Positions 34,253 through 44,338 of a stretch of DNA of 64,000 bases are shown here, piece by piece. Made by a program: the position numbers and the translations under genes. Within the stretch, counting starts at the first letter, position 1, and each line of letters starts with the position of its first letter. The notes beneath the pieces are model-generated. The model was not told where the DNA came from. It did not search any database and was given only the letters and a program-made list of their open reading frames with translations. This DNA is from Mycobacterium sp. (GTDB lineage: Bacteria; Actinomycetota; Actinomycetes; Mycobacteriales; Mycobacteriaceae): contig JAGQTQ010000024.1 of the NCBI GenBank assembly GCA_020438905.1, forward strand, positions 19,138 to 83,137. The letters are read 5' to 3'.

Positions 34253-34275
34253 CATCGTAGTGAATCACACCGATG
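34253..34275. promoter_or_regulatory. Inverted repeat CATCG-TA-GTGA-A-TCAC-AC-CGATG overlapping the fbpD -10 (TACGAT, minus strand)
   Basis: Symmetric sequence read directly; -10 at 34259-34254. Confidence 0.45.
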
Positions 34276-34495
34276 AAGCGGCAGTTCCGGGATTGGCTCC
34301 GATATTCCCCGCGCCGGTGGCGCCAAGCACCCGTGGGATGCCGGGCTTCCTCTGCTGGAGTTGCCAGCCCCGGTAACCGTCCCCGATTCCGTGAGCGGAG
34401 GTGGGTTCTGCTCGGGTGTGGCCCGAACGGTCTTGGCCGCGCGTGGTCCATGATGTCCGGCGGACCGCGACGCCTGCCGTGAAAAGCTTGATCCC

Positions 34496-36523
34496 TCAGG
34501 GGCCCGTCGCGGGGAGACCGGTGTAGGGCGGCTCGTCCGGTGGCGGCACGGCCAGTCCGCAGCGCAGCAATTCGTACTCCGGCACCCGGTCGATGCGGTA
34601 TCGGGTGAACTCCCAGGCGCGGTTGAGGTTGCCGATGAATCGGGGCCGGGTCATCGGATCCCGGATCGACTTGAGCATCTCCTCGGTCTGCGGGCAGCCC
34701 AGCGCGACTTCGGCCTGCTCGATCCAGTCCTCGTCGAGATACTGCGGCACCCACGGACGTTCCTTGAGCCAGGGACCCTCGGCGACCGCCCAGTCCGGGA
34801 AGAGGTTCTTGTCGTGGCCGATCCGGCCGTCCTCCAGTCGGGCGGTGTGCGCGGCCAACGGGTTGGCCAGGCCGATCTGGTCGATCACCCGGGTGTTGAG
34901 TCCGACGTTCATCCCCAGCATGCCCAGATTGGTGAAAAACACTGTGTGCGGTGCGATTTCGCGGCGCCAGCTATCCATCGGAACGCCGGCGGGAGGCGGT
35001 GGCGGCGGGAGGGCCGGAACCACGTCCCAGACGTCGTAGTTGCCGGACGGCAGCAATAGCGCACCGTCGGGGGTGTTGTTGATCGCCACCAGCACCGCGC
35101 GCATGCGCGGGTAGTCAAGATAGTCCGCCGCGGTCAGCGGATGCGCATGGCCGGTGGCTTGGGAGTAGAACCGGCGCTCGTCGACGATCCCCGAGTAGGT
35201 GACCCTTGTCCCATCGCCGCCCATTCCGGGTGAATTCGCCGCCCACAGCGCCCAGCCGGCCAACGCCGCCCAGAGCACGGCGACCACACCGGCCGGCAGG
35301 CGGCCGCCCTCCCGCGCGAACCAGCGGCCCTGCGGCAGCACCAGCGGTATCACCGCGATCGGCGCCAGGAGACAGAACAACGGGGCCAGCAAGACCCGGC
35401 CGTGCATGAAGTCGCCGCCCTGCCGGATCCAGTATGCGGCCTGCACCACACCGGAGAGGAGCATGAAGACGACCACCGCCTGCGGGCTTTGCACCCGGTC
35501 AACCAGCCGGGCACCGGGCCGGGACGCGGCGTCTTGCCCGGACCCGGCGGCCGCGGAGCCCAGCACCACGGCCAGCGCGACCAGCAGGACCGCCGGTATC
35601 CACAGCGCGTACGGCGCCGCGAAGTTGTTCAGGTAGACCATGCCCTGGCCCCACTTGCTGCCGGTGGCGTCCTTGGCGATCGCGGTCTGCGGCACCAGCA
35701 GCCCGTAGTAGCCCATCCGGAAGATCTGGTACCCGACCGGCAGCAGCCCGCCCGCCGCGACGATGAGCACCCGGCGCCGCCAGCCCCGCTCGGCGACGAG
35801 CAACATCACCAGCGCCAACCCGCCGATCAACGCGAGTTCCGGGCGAACGAGGACGCTCAGCCCCGCCACGAAGGACAGCACGCCGAGGAACCACGGCCCG
35901 GCCGGTCGTTTCGGGGACTGGGAGACTTGGGACTGGTGCTGGGACCAACAGACCATCATCCACCAGAGCAGTCCCAGCCAACAGGTCACCAGCCCGTTCT
36001 CCAGACCGGAGGTGGCGAAGTCACGGGCCGGCGGAACGGCGATGTAGACCAGCACGCCGGCGGGCAGCATCACCGCCCGGCGTCCGTTCAGACCCGGCCC
36101 GAGGAGCCGGGCGGTGCCCAGCATGACCATGATCACGCCGGCGACGCTGAAGATCAGGGCCAGCGCGAGGGCCACGTACTCCAGCCGCAGCGGACCACCG
36201 ATCAGGCTGCCCAGGTAGACCAGATAAGTCCATGCGGTGGAGGTATTGGACTCCACCCGCTCCCCGGCGTTGAACACCGGTCCGTTGCCGGCCAGCAGGT
36301 TGCGCACCGTCCGCAGCACGATCAGGCCGTCGTCGGCGATCCAGCGACGCTGCCAGGCGCCCCAAGCCCACAGCGCCGAGACCACCACGACACCGGCCCA
36401 CAGGCTGATCCGGGTCACGGCCGCGTAGTGGACCGCCCGGCGCGCAGACGCCGTCGCGGGACTCCCGGCCCGGGATTCGCCTGCGATGCCGGTGGGCGAG
36501 CTAACCGAGGACGACGGCGGCAA
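34496..36523 (-). CDS. aftB: Terminal beta(1-2) arabinofuranosyltransferase AftB
   Basis: WIADDGLIVLRTVRNL, FATSGLE, GGDFMHGR, RIGHDK. Confidence 0.95.
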   Translation of the reverse strand: MPPSSSVSSPTGIAGESRAGSPATASARRAVHYAAVTRISLWAGVVVVSALWAWGAWQRRWIADDGLIVLRTVRNLLAGNGPVFNAGERVESNTSTAWTYLVYLGSLIGGPLRLEYVALALALIFSVAGVIMVMLGTARLLGPGLNGRRAVMLPAGVLVYIAVPPARDFATSGLENGLVTCWLGLLWWMMVCWSQHQSQVSQSPKRPAGPWFLGVLSFVAGLSVLVRPELALIGGLALVMLLVAERGWRRRVLIVAAGGLLPVGYQIFRMGYYGLLVPQTAIAKDATGSKWGQGMVYLNNFAAPYALWIPAVLLVALAVVLGSAAAGSGQDAASRPGARLVDRVQSPQAVVVFMLLSGVVQAAYWIRQGGDFMHGRVLLAPLFCLLAPIAVIPLVLPQGRWFAREGGRLPAGVVAVLWAALAGWALWAANSPGMGGDGTRVTYSGIVDERRFYSQATGHAHPLTAADYLDYPRMRAVLVAINNTPDGALLLPSGNYDVWDVVPALPPPPPPAGVPMDSWRREIAPHTVFFTNLGMLGMNVGLNTRVIDQIGLANPLAAHTARLEDGRIGHDKNLFPDWAVAEGPWLKERPWVPQYLDEDWIEQAEVALGCPQTEEMLKSIRDPMTRPRFIGNLNRAWEFTRYRIDRVPEYELLRCGLAVPPPDEPPYTGLPATGP

Positions 36524-37415
36524 TGACGGTTCCGATCCAGGTCAGAGCCAGCAGCTGCAGCACCCGGTCGCGCAGCGCGATCTCCTCCGGCTCACCGGCG
36601 AGCCCGCCGTCAACATCGACGGCGTAGCGCAGGATCGCGACGGTGAAAGGGACCATCGAGATGACGAACCAGGATCCGGTGTTGCCGTCCCGCTCGAACG
36701 CCCACAAGCCGTAGCAAAGGACGACAGCCGTCGCCGAGAGCGTCCAGACGAACGTCAGGTAGGTGCTGGTGTAACTCTCCAGCGATTTGCGGATCTTCGC
36801 GCCGGTCCGCTCGGCGAGCTGCAACTCCGCATACCGCTTTCCGGCCGCCATGAACAACGAACCGAAGGCCATCACCAGAAGGAACCACTGCGACAGCGGG
36901 ATTCCCGCGGCCACGCCGCCGGCGATGGCACGGATCAGGAAGCCCGAGGACACGATGCAGATGTCCAGCACAGCCTGGTGTTTGAGCCCGAAGCAGTACG
37001 CGAGCTGGATGCCGAGGTACACCGCCATCACGACGGCCAGCTGGGGGGTCAGCCACCACGAGATCGCCAGACAGCCGATGCCCAGCGCCGCGGCGATCCC
37101 GTAGGCCAGTCCGACCGGCAGCACGCCGGCGGCGATCGGCCGGAATCGCTTGGTGGGATGCGCCCGGTCCGCTTCGACGTCACGGGCGTCGTTGACCAGG
37201 TAGATCGCCGAGGCCGCCATGCAGAACACCACGAAGGCGATCGACACCTTGAACAGCACGTCGCGGTAGTCGTAGTGCACGTCGCCGCCGAGCGCGGCCA
37301 GCGGGGCGGCCAGCACAAGGAGGTTCTTCACCCACTGCCGGGGCCGGATGGCCTTGACGATCCCTGCGAACAGGTTGCTCGGGGGGCCGGCGACCGTCGT
37401 CTCACTCATGGCCAC
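36501..37415 (-). CDS. ubiA: Decaprenyl-phosphate phosphoribosyltransferase (Rv3806c)
   Basis: RPRQWVKN, YLVNDARDVEADRAHPTKRFRPIAAG; start GTG 37415 or ATG 37409. Confidence 0.95.
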   Translation of the reverse strand: MAMSETTVAGPPSNLFAGIVKAIRPRQWVKNLLVLAAPLAALGGDVHYDYRDVLFKVSIAFVVFCMAASAIYLVNDARDVEADRAHPTKRFRPIAAGVLPVGLAYGIAAALGIGCLAISWWLTPQLAVVMAVYLGIQLAYCFGLKHQAVLDICIVSSGFLIRAIAGGVAAGIPLSQWFLLVMAFGSLFMAAGKRYAELQLAERTGAKIRKSLESYTSTYLTFVWTLSATAVVLCYGLWAFERDGNTGSWFVISMVPFTVAILRYAVDVDGGLAGEPEEIALRDRVLQLLALTWIGTVIAAVVLG

Positions 37416-38012
37416 TCACTCTGCCCTCTCCTGATCCGCTGCGGCCCGTTGCCCCCCGAAGCGGGCGGTAACCCCCGCTACCGCCGCGCCGACGCCGATC
37501 CCGGCGAGAACGTCGGTGGGATAGTGCACGCCGAGCACCAGTCGCGACAGCGCCATCAACGGCACCACCAACAGCGGCAGCGGTGACCGGGTGGCCCGGC
37601 ACAGCAGAATTGCGGCGGCGGTGCTCGACGTCGCGTGCGCGGACGGGAAGCTCAGCGAACTGGGCGTGCCCACGTTCACCGCAACGTCCGGGTGGTGCGG
37701 CCGGCGACGCCGTACCGCGAGTTTGATCACGATCGCAGCGGCGTGCGCCGCGACGGCCCCGATGCCGACCAGCAGCCAGTCGCGCCGCCGTCGGGGGACC
37801 AGCAGCGCACCGACCCCGCCCAGCGCCACCCATCCGGCCGCGTGCTCGCCGAAATGCGACATGGCCCGCGCAACCGTGAGCACCGGCGGGTTGGCCAGCT
37901 TGGACTGGACGTCGACCAGCACTGCAACTTCTCCGCTGGGAGGTTCTGCCCTGGGAGGTTCTGCACCGGGAGGTTCTGCACCGGGCCGGCCGTCCGGCAC
38001 GGGTTCAGACAC
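37416..38012 (-). CDS. PAP2-family phosphatase (Rv3807c-like)
   Basis: KLAVRRRRP, SFPSAHA, SRLVLGVHYPTD motifs. Confidence 0.92.
   Translation of the reverse strand: MSEPVPDGRPGAEPPGAEPPRAEPPSGEVAVLVDVQSKLANPPVLTVARAMSHFGEHAAGWVALGGVGALLVPRRRRDWLLVGIGAVAAHAAAIVIKLAVRRRRPHHPDVAVNVGTPSSLSFPSAHATSSTAAAILLCRATRSPLPLLVVPLMALSRLVLGVHYPTDVLAGIGVGAAVAGVTARFGGQRAAADQERAE
37938..37982 (-). repeat. Three 15-bp tandem units in the PAP2 N-terminus (GAEPP GAEPP RAEPP)
   Basis: gggaggttctgccct, gggaggttctgcacc x2 on the + strand. Confidence 0.85.
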
Positions 38013-39954
38013 CGGCTTTCGATTCGTCCAGCAACACCGATTCCCACCTGCTTCGGCTCGACAACTCCGGCAACGCCCGCCGATAGACCCTGCGCATGTG
38101 ATCGTACTTACGGGCCAGTCGGACGTGCTGGCGCAGCGAGGCTTTGAGCAACGCGGCCATCTTGGCCCGGTCCCGCTGCCGGTAGACCACGCCCCGGCCG
38201 TCAGCGGTGGTGACGGTCACCCCGTCGACGTTGCACAACAGAAACCACCGCGCGTCCTGAGTCGGGACGTTCAGTTGTGGCCGACGGTGATGCTCGGGAT
38301 CCGCCCGGCGTAACTGGTGGAGGAGTCCCTGAGCCAACCGCAGGCCGATGATCGGCGGAGCCACCGGAGGTTTGTGAACCCTCGTGCGGCCGCTCGGCGG
38401 TGGCAGCTCCGTCGCCGCGGCCAGCACCACCGCATCCGGATACTGTTGACGCATCGAACGCACCTCGGGCAGCGCGGACTCGAGGATCGAGAAGATGTGC
38501 TCCGGACCGGCCAGAAAGTCCTCGATCGCCTTGTTCTGGATCGCTACCGTCGAATACTCGAGGCACAGAAGATGTTTGAGTGTCGCCTTGATCGAGCTCT
38601 TGATCAGCCCACCGACCGGGGCGTCCCAGTGCAGCGCCGAGACCACCAGGCGATTGCGCAGGTGGAAGTAGGCCTGCCAGTCGATGGCGTCGTCCTTGTC
38701 GCTCCAGGCCATGTGCCAGATCGCGGTACCGGGCATGGTCACCGTGCCGTACCCGTGCTCGCCGGCCCGTAATCCGTAGTCGGCGTCGTCCCACTTGATG
38801 AACAGCGGCAGCGGCTGGCCAAGCTCCTCGGCCACCCGGCGCGGGATCATGCACATCCACCAGCCGTTGTAGTCGACGTCGATGCGCCGGTGCAGCAGCC
38901 TGCTTCGGGCGGACGATTCCTCGCTGAGTGCGCCGTCGTAGTCGAGCGGATATTTCGCGAAGTCGTGGTCGTACTCGGTGTGCGGGGCATTGGTCCACAT
39001 GAAGTTGGCGCGGTTGACCACCTCACCCATCACGTGCAGGTGCGAGGGCTCCTGCAGGTTGAGCATCTGGCCGCCGACGAGCATGGGCGCCTTGGCGAAC
39101 CGGCTCAGCGCCAGCGCCCGCAGAATCGAGTCCGGCTCGATACGGATGTCGTCGTCCATGAACAGGATCTGTTCGCAGTCGGTGCGGCCCAGCGCCTCCA
39201 GCATCACCCGGCTGTAACCACCGGAGCCGCCCAGGTTGGGCTGGTTGTGGACGGACAGCCGATCGCCCAGCGCGACGGCCGCCTCGGCGAAATCGGGGTG
39301 TGCCACGGCCTTGTCGGCACCCTGGTCGACGACGATGACGGCACCGATCACCTCGTCCACCAACGGATCGGAGGTCAGTGCACGCAGCGCGTTGACGCAG
39401 TCGGAGGGCCGGTTGAACGTGGGAATGCCGACGGCGATGTCGGCCCGGCCCGGCGTCGGCACCGGGGCGAACCAGGCGGCGCTGTGCATGGTGCACTTGG
39501 AGTCGGTGGTGATGTCGAACCAGATCCAGCCGCCGTCCTCGAACGGCTCGAGACCGACCTCGAATTCCATAGCGGCCGGACCGGGCCCGTCGCCGGCGAT
39601 CTCGGCCCCGCCCACGCTGATCCGCGCGCCGGTGGCCTTCGAACGGTAGACGTCCACCCGGGCCACTCCGGTCAGCTCCACGCGCAGCACGACCGACGTC
39701 AGCGTCGACCATCGCCGCCAGTAGCTGGCCGGGAAGGCGTTGAAATAGGTGGCGAAGGACACCTCGGACTCCGCGCCGATCTGCAAGGTCGTGCGAGTGG
39801 TCGCGTGCGCCCGCTGGGCGTTGGTCTCGGACTCCTCGATGTAGAGCTTGCGGACGTCGAGCGGTTCACCGGGCCGGGGCAGGATCACCCGGGCCAGCAG
39901 ACCCACGGCGCGGGATTGGTCCGAGGCGATCGGGCCGGAGGGTATTTCACTCAT
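38005..39954 (-). CDS. glfT2: Galactofuranosyltransferase GlfT2
   Basis: IPTFNRP, NLGGSGG, FMDDD, FIKWDDADY, DWQAYFHLRN. Confidence 0.96.
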   Translation of the reverse strand: MSEIPSGPIASDQSRAVGLLARVILPRPGEPLDVRKLYIEESETNAQRAHATTRTTLQIGAESEVSFATYFNAFPASYWRRWSTLTSVVLRVELTGVARVDVYRSKATGARISVGGAEIAGDGPGPAAMEFEVGLEPFEDGGWIWFDITTDSKCTMHSAAWFAPVPTPGRADIAVGIPTFNRPSDCVNALRALTSDPLVDEVIGAVIVVDQGADKAVAHPDFAEAAVALGDRLSVHNQPNLGGSGGYSRVMLEALGRTDCEQILFMDDDIRIEPDSILRALALSRFAKAPMLVGGQMLNLQEPSHLHVMGEVVNRANFMWTNAPHTEYDHDFAKYPLDYDGALSEESSARSRLLHRRIDVDYNGWWMCMIPRRVAEELGQPLPLFIKWDDADYGLRAGEHGYGTVTMPGTAIWHMAWSDKDDAIDWQAYFHLRNRLVVSALHWDAPVGGLIKSSIKATLKHLLCLEYSTVAIQNKAIEDFLAGPEHIFSILESALPEVRSMRQQYPDAVVLAAATELPPPSGRTRVHKPPVAPPIIGLRLAQGLLHQLRRADPEHHRRPQLNVPTQDARWFLLCNVDGVTVTTADGRGVVYRQRDRAKMAALLKASLRQHVRLARKYDHMRRVYRRALPELSSRSRWESVLLDESKAGV

Positions 39955-39966
39955 GCTGGGCTGCTT

Positions 39967-41208
<1,242 letters not shown>

Positions 41209-41465
41209 CTAGGTTATCCGACCCGGGAGGCGACGACCGCGCGGCGAACCGCGGCAAACCGCAGAAATCGGGGTGAGAACGGCCGCGCGGCAGAAGAACT
41301 GATGGTCGCGATTGGCTCACGATTCAGCATCGTCACTCCAGTATCAGCAGTCCCAAAATTACCATCGGTGTTGTCAGCTTTCGGCCTCGGCACAAGAGCC
41401 GGATCCGGAACTGGCACAGAGGTTCGAAATGTCCGAACCGCGCTATCCAGATTGAGGAGACTTCC

Positions 41466-42497
41466 GTGCCGAACCGTCGTCGACGCAAGATTTCGACAGC
41501 CATGAGCGCGGTCGGCGCCCTGGCCGTCGCCAGCCCGTTCGCGGTCATCGGCGCCATCGGGCTGACCTCCGGCCAGTCCGCGCCCGAGCATCGCGAGTTC
41601 ACCCGCGCGGCGGTCGTCACCGATCTGCCCAACGAGATCCTGTCCGCCCTGCAGGCGGGTCTGTCGCAGTTCGGGATCAACCTCCCGCCGCTGCCGACCG
41701 GACTCAGCCCGTCCGGCACGCAGCCGGTTCAGAGCGGGCCGCTGACCGCGCCCGGCCTGACCACACCCAGCCTCACCACACCCAGCCTCACCACGCCGGG
41801 TCTGACCACACCGGGCCTGACCACCCCGGGTCTGACCACCCCGGGTCTGACCACGCCGGGTCTGACCACACCGGGCCTGACCACACCGGGCCTGACCACA
41901 CCGGGCCTGACCACACCGGGTCTGACCTCGCCGGCCGCCGCGACACCGGGCCTGACCACACCCGGTCTGACCACACCCGGTCTTGACACCCCCGGGCTCA
42001 CCACGCCGGGGCTGACCACGCCGAGCCTCGACGCGCCCGGACTGACCACGCCGGGCCTGACCACCCCGGGAGCGGCGAGCACGGTTCCGTCGCTGACCGA
42101 CCCGGCGCTGGCCAACCCCGGACTCACCTCGCCCGGCCTCACCGCGCCGCAGGTCGGGATCGACCCGGCCCTGACCAGCCCGACCGGCATCGGACTGCCG
42201 ACCGAAATCCCGATCAGCACCCCGCTGTCGCCGATCGGCGGCACCTACCCGATCCTGGGCGACCCGACGATCGGCTTGCCCGCGGCCCCCGCCGCCGCGA
42301 GCTCCGGCGGGATCATCGGCGACATCAGCAGCGCCGCCAACCAACTCGGCGTGGGCCAGGCCATCGACCTGCTCAAGGGCATCGTCATGCCGGGGATCAC
42401 TCAGGCCATGCAGAACGCCGGGGCGGCTGCCGCCGCTCCCGCAGCAGCAGCGGCGCCCGCGGTCGAGGCCGCCGGCACCGCCTCGGCGATCGGCTGA
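41466..42497 (+). CDS. erp: Exported repetitive protein Erp/PirG
   Basis: MPNRRRRK signal peptide, central PGLTT repeats, hydrophobic C-terminus; divergent from glf; RBS GAGGAG. Confidence 0.95.
   Translation: MPNRRRRKISTAMSAVGALAVASPFAVIGAIGLTSGQSAPEHREFTRAAVVTDLPNEILSALQAGLSQFGINLPPLPTGLSPSGTQPVQSGPLTAPGLTTPSLTTPSLTTPGLTTPGLTTPGLTTPGLTTPGLTTPGLTTPGLTTPGLTTPGLTSPAAATPGLTTPGLTTPGLDTPGLTTPGLTTPSLDAPGLTTPGLTTPGAASTVPSLTDPALANPGLTSPGLTAPQVGIDPALTSPTGIGLPTEIPISTPLSPIGGTYPILGDPTIGLPAAPAAASSGGIIGDISSAANQLGVGQAIDLLKGIVMPGITQAMQNAGAAAAAPAAAAAPAVEAAGTASAIG
41751..42150 (+). repeat. 15-bp P(G/S)LT(T/S) coding repeat: about 21 contiguous units (41751-42065) plus about 4 degenerate units
   Basis: ccgggcctgaccaca-type units read directly. 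Confidence 0.95.
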
Positions 42498-42521
42498 TCG
42501 CCCGGGAGAGACCTGCACCCA

Positions 42522-42578
42522 AACGGCACCGCAGGGTGAGACTGGCCATCGGCCGGTGCAAGCCCCTGCGGTGCCGTT
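42522..42578 (+). terminator. Long stem-loop after erp
   Basis: AACGGCACCGCAGGG (42522-36) pairs perfectly with CCCTGCGGTGCCGTT (42564-78). Confidence 0.65.
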
Positions 42579-42691
42579 GCAGTTTGCGGCGATACCGCGA
42601 TCATCTACACCGAATTGATCAGCAGTCACTTTGTCATCACTAGCCCGTGTCGAAACGCTGGTAACAGCTGACTCATACGTAACATCGCGAT

Positions 42692-44305
42692 GTGCCGTCC
42701 CGTCGTCCCACCCCGACGATCCTGTTCACCGCCATCGCGGCGACAGTGATGGTCCTGCCATGGGCGGTCGGCGGAATACCCGGCGATGACAAAAGCCACG
42801 GCATCGCCGACGACACCGTGCTGGCCCGGCAACCACTCAGCGGGATCGGCGGCGGGGAGACCGTCCGCGAAATCAGCCAGGACACTCCGTTCTCGATGGT
42901 GGCGCTGACCGGAAGCGACCTCACCGGCACCTCGGCGCGGGTGCGCGCCAAGCGGGATGACGGATCGTGGGGCCCCTGGTATCAGGCCGAGCGGTTCGAG
43001 CTCGGCTCCGAGGACGCCGAAGGCAACGGCACGCACGGAACCGATCCGGTCTACGTGGGTCAGACCAGCGCCGTCCAGATCGCCGTCACCCGGCCCAAGG
43101 ACGCGCCGGTGACCGTCGACCCGCCCCAGAGCGCCGTGGACGCCGGCCGCGAGCTGGGCTACGTTCCGGCCAATGCCGAAGAACCGCTGAGCCAGACGAT
43201 GTCGGCGATCCTCATCACCCCGCCCACAGCCCCGGTCGACACCCAGTGGATACCACCGACCGCAACCCTGGGACCGGGCCAGCCGCCCAACATCATCAGC
43301 CGGGCACAGTGGGGGGCCGGAACCGGAACACGTTGCGGCGGACCGTCCTACGGGGACGGTGTCCGGGCGGCGGTGCTGCACCACACCGCCACCGGCAACG
43401 ACTACGAGCCCGAGGACTCCGCGGCCATTATCCGCTCGATTTACGCGTACCACACCATGACGCTGGGCTGGTGCGACATCGCCTACAACGCCTTGGTCGA
43501 TAAGTACGGGCAGGTTTTCGAGGGCAGGGCCGGCGGGATCACCAAGGACGTACTCGGTTCGCACACCGGCGGTTTCAACCGTGACGTGTGGGGTGTGTCG
43601 ATGATCGGCGACTTCGAGGAGGTCGCACCGCCGGAGGTGATGGTGCGGACCGTCGGCCGGCTGCTCGGGTGGCGGCTGAGCCTGGACAAGGTCGACCCGC
43701 TGGGAATGGTGAAGCTCAAATCCGCCGGCGGTCAGCACACCGTGGTTCCGGGCGGCAACACGGTCACCCTGCCGGAGATCTTCGCCCACCGCGACGTCGG
43801 CAACACCGAGTGCCCGGGGCAGGCCGGGTACGCGGCGCTGGAGGAGATCCGGCGTCTGGCTGCGGCGTTCAACGGCCCGCCCGACGTCGTGGACACCCTT
43901 CGCGGCGGGGCGATCCTCGCGCGTTGGGAGGCCGACGGCGCCCAGGCGAGCCCGCTGGGGATGCCGACCTCTCCGGAGGCCTCCGGTACCGGGCCCGCCC
44001 GCTACGCCACCTTCGAGCGTGGTGCGATGTACTGGTCGCCCAACACCGGCGCCCAGCCGCTCACCGGGGCGATCTACGAGGCTTGGGCGTCGCTGGGCTA
44101 CGAGCGCGGTGCACTAGGGCTGCCCACCAGCGGGGAGATCGCCGAACCGCAGTGGATCGTGCAGAACTTCCAGCACGGAACGCTGAACTTCGACCGGCAG
44201 ACCCACAACGTGATCCGGGTGATCGACGGCGTCAGCCTGGTGCTGCCGCCGCCGCCCCTCGACGGGCCGCCCACCCAGTTGGAGCGTTTCAGCCCGGTGC
44301 GCTGA
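42692..44305 (+). CDS. N-acetylmuramoyl-L-alanine amidase (Amidase_2/PGRP) with LGFP repeats (Rv3811/Ami3-like)
   Basis: SRAQWGA, LHHTA, WCDIAYN, FEGRAG, AHRD, TECPG zinc ligands; LGMPTS/LGLPTS repeats; TAACAT -10 upstream. Confidence 0.9.
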   Translation: MPSRRPTPTILFTAIAATVMVLPWAVGGIPGDDKSHGIADDTVLARQPLSGIGGGETVREISQDTPFSMVALTGSDLTGTSARVRAKRDDGSWGPWYQAERFELGSEDAEGNGTHGTDPVYVGQTSAVQIAVTRPKDAPVTVDPPQSAVDAGRELGYVPANAEEPLSQTMSAILITPPTAPVDTQWIPPTATLGPGQPPNIISRAQWGAGTGTRCGGPSYGDGVRAAVLHHTATGNDYEPEDSAAIIRSIYAYHTMTLGWCDIAYNALVDKYGQVFEGRAGGITKDVLGSHTGGFNRDVWGVSMIGDFEEVAPPEVMVRTVGRLLGWRLSLDKVDPLGMVKLKSAGGQHTVVPGGNTVTLPEIFAHRDVGNTECPGQAGYAALEEIRRLAAAFNGPPDVVDTLRGGAILARWEADGAQASPLGMPTSPEASGTGPARYATFERGAMYWSPNTGAQPLTGAIYEAWASLGYERGALGLPTSGEIAEPQWIVQNFQHGTLNFDRQTHNVIRVIDGVSLVLPPPPLDGPPTQLERFSPVR

Positions 44306-44338
44306 CACCTGGGCCGAACGGCTGACATCGCGATCGGT

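Noticed and set aside
34152-34754. 200-aa minus ORF as an fbpA remnant
   Set aside because: Off-frame overlap with the aftB 3' end; no antigen-85 motifs
41751-42065. Possible CRISPR-like array
   Set aside because: 15-bp coding tandem units without spacers inside erp; no cas genes
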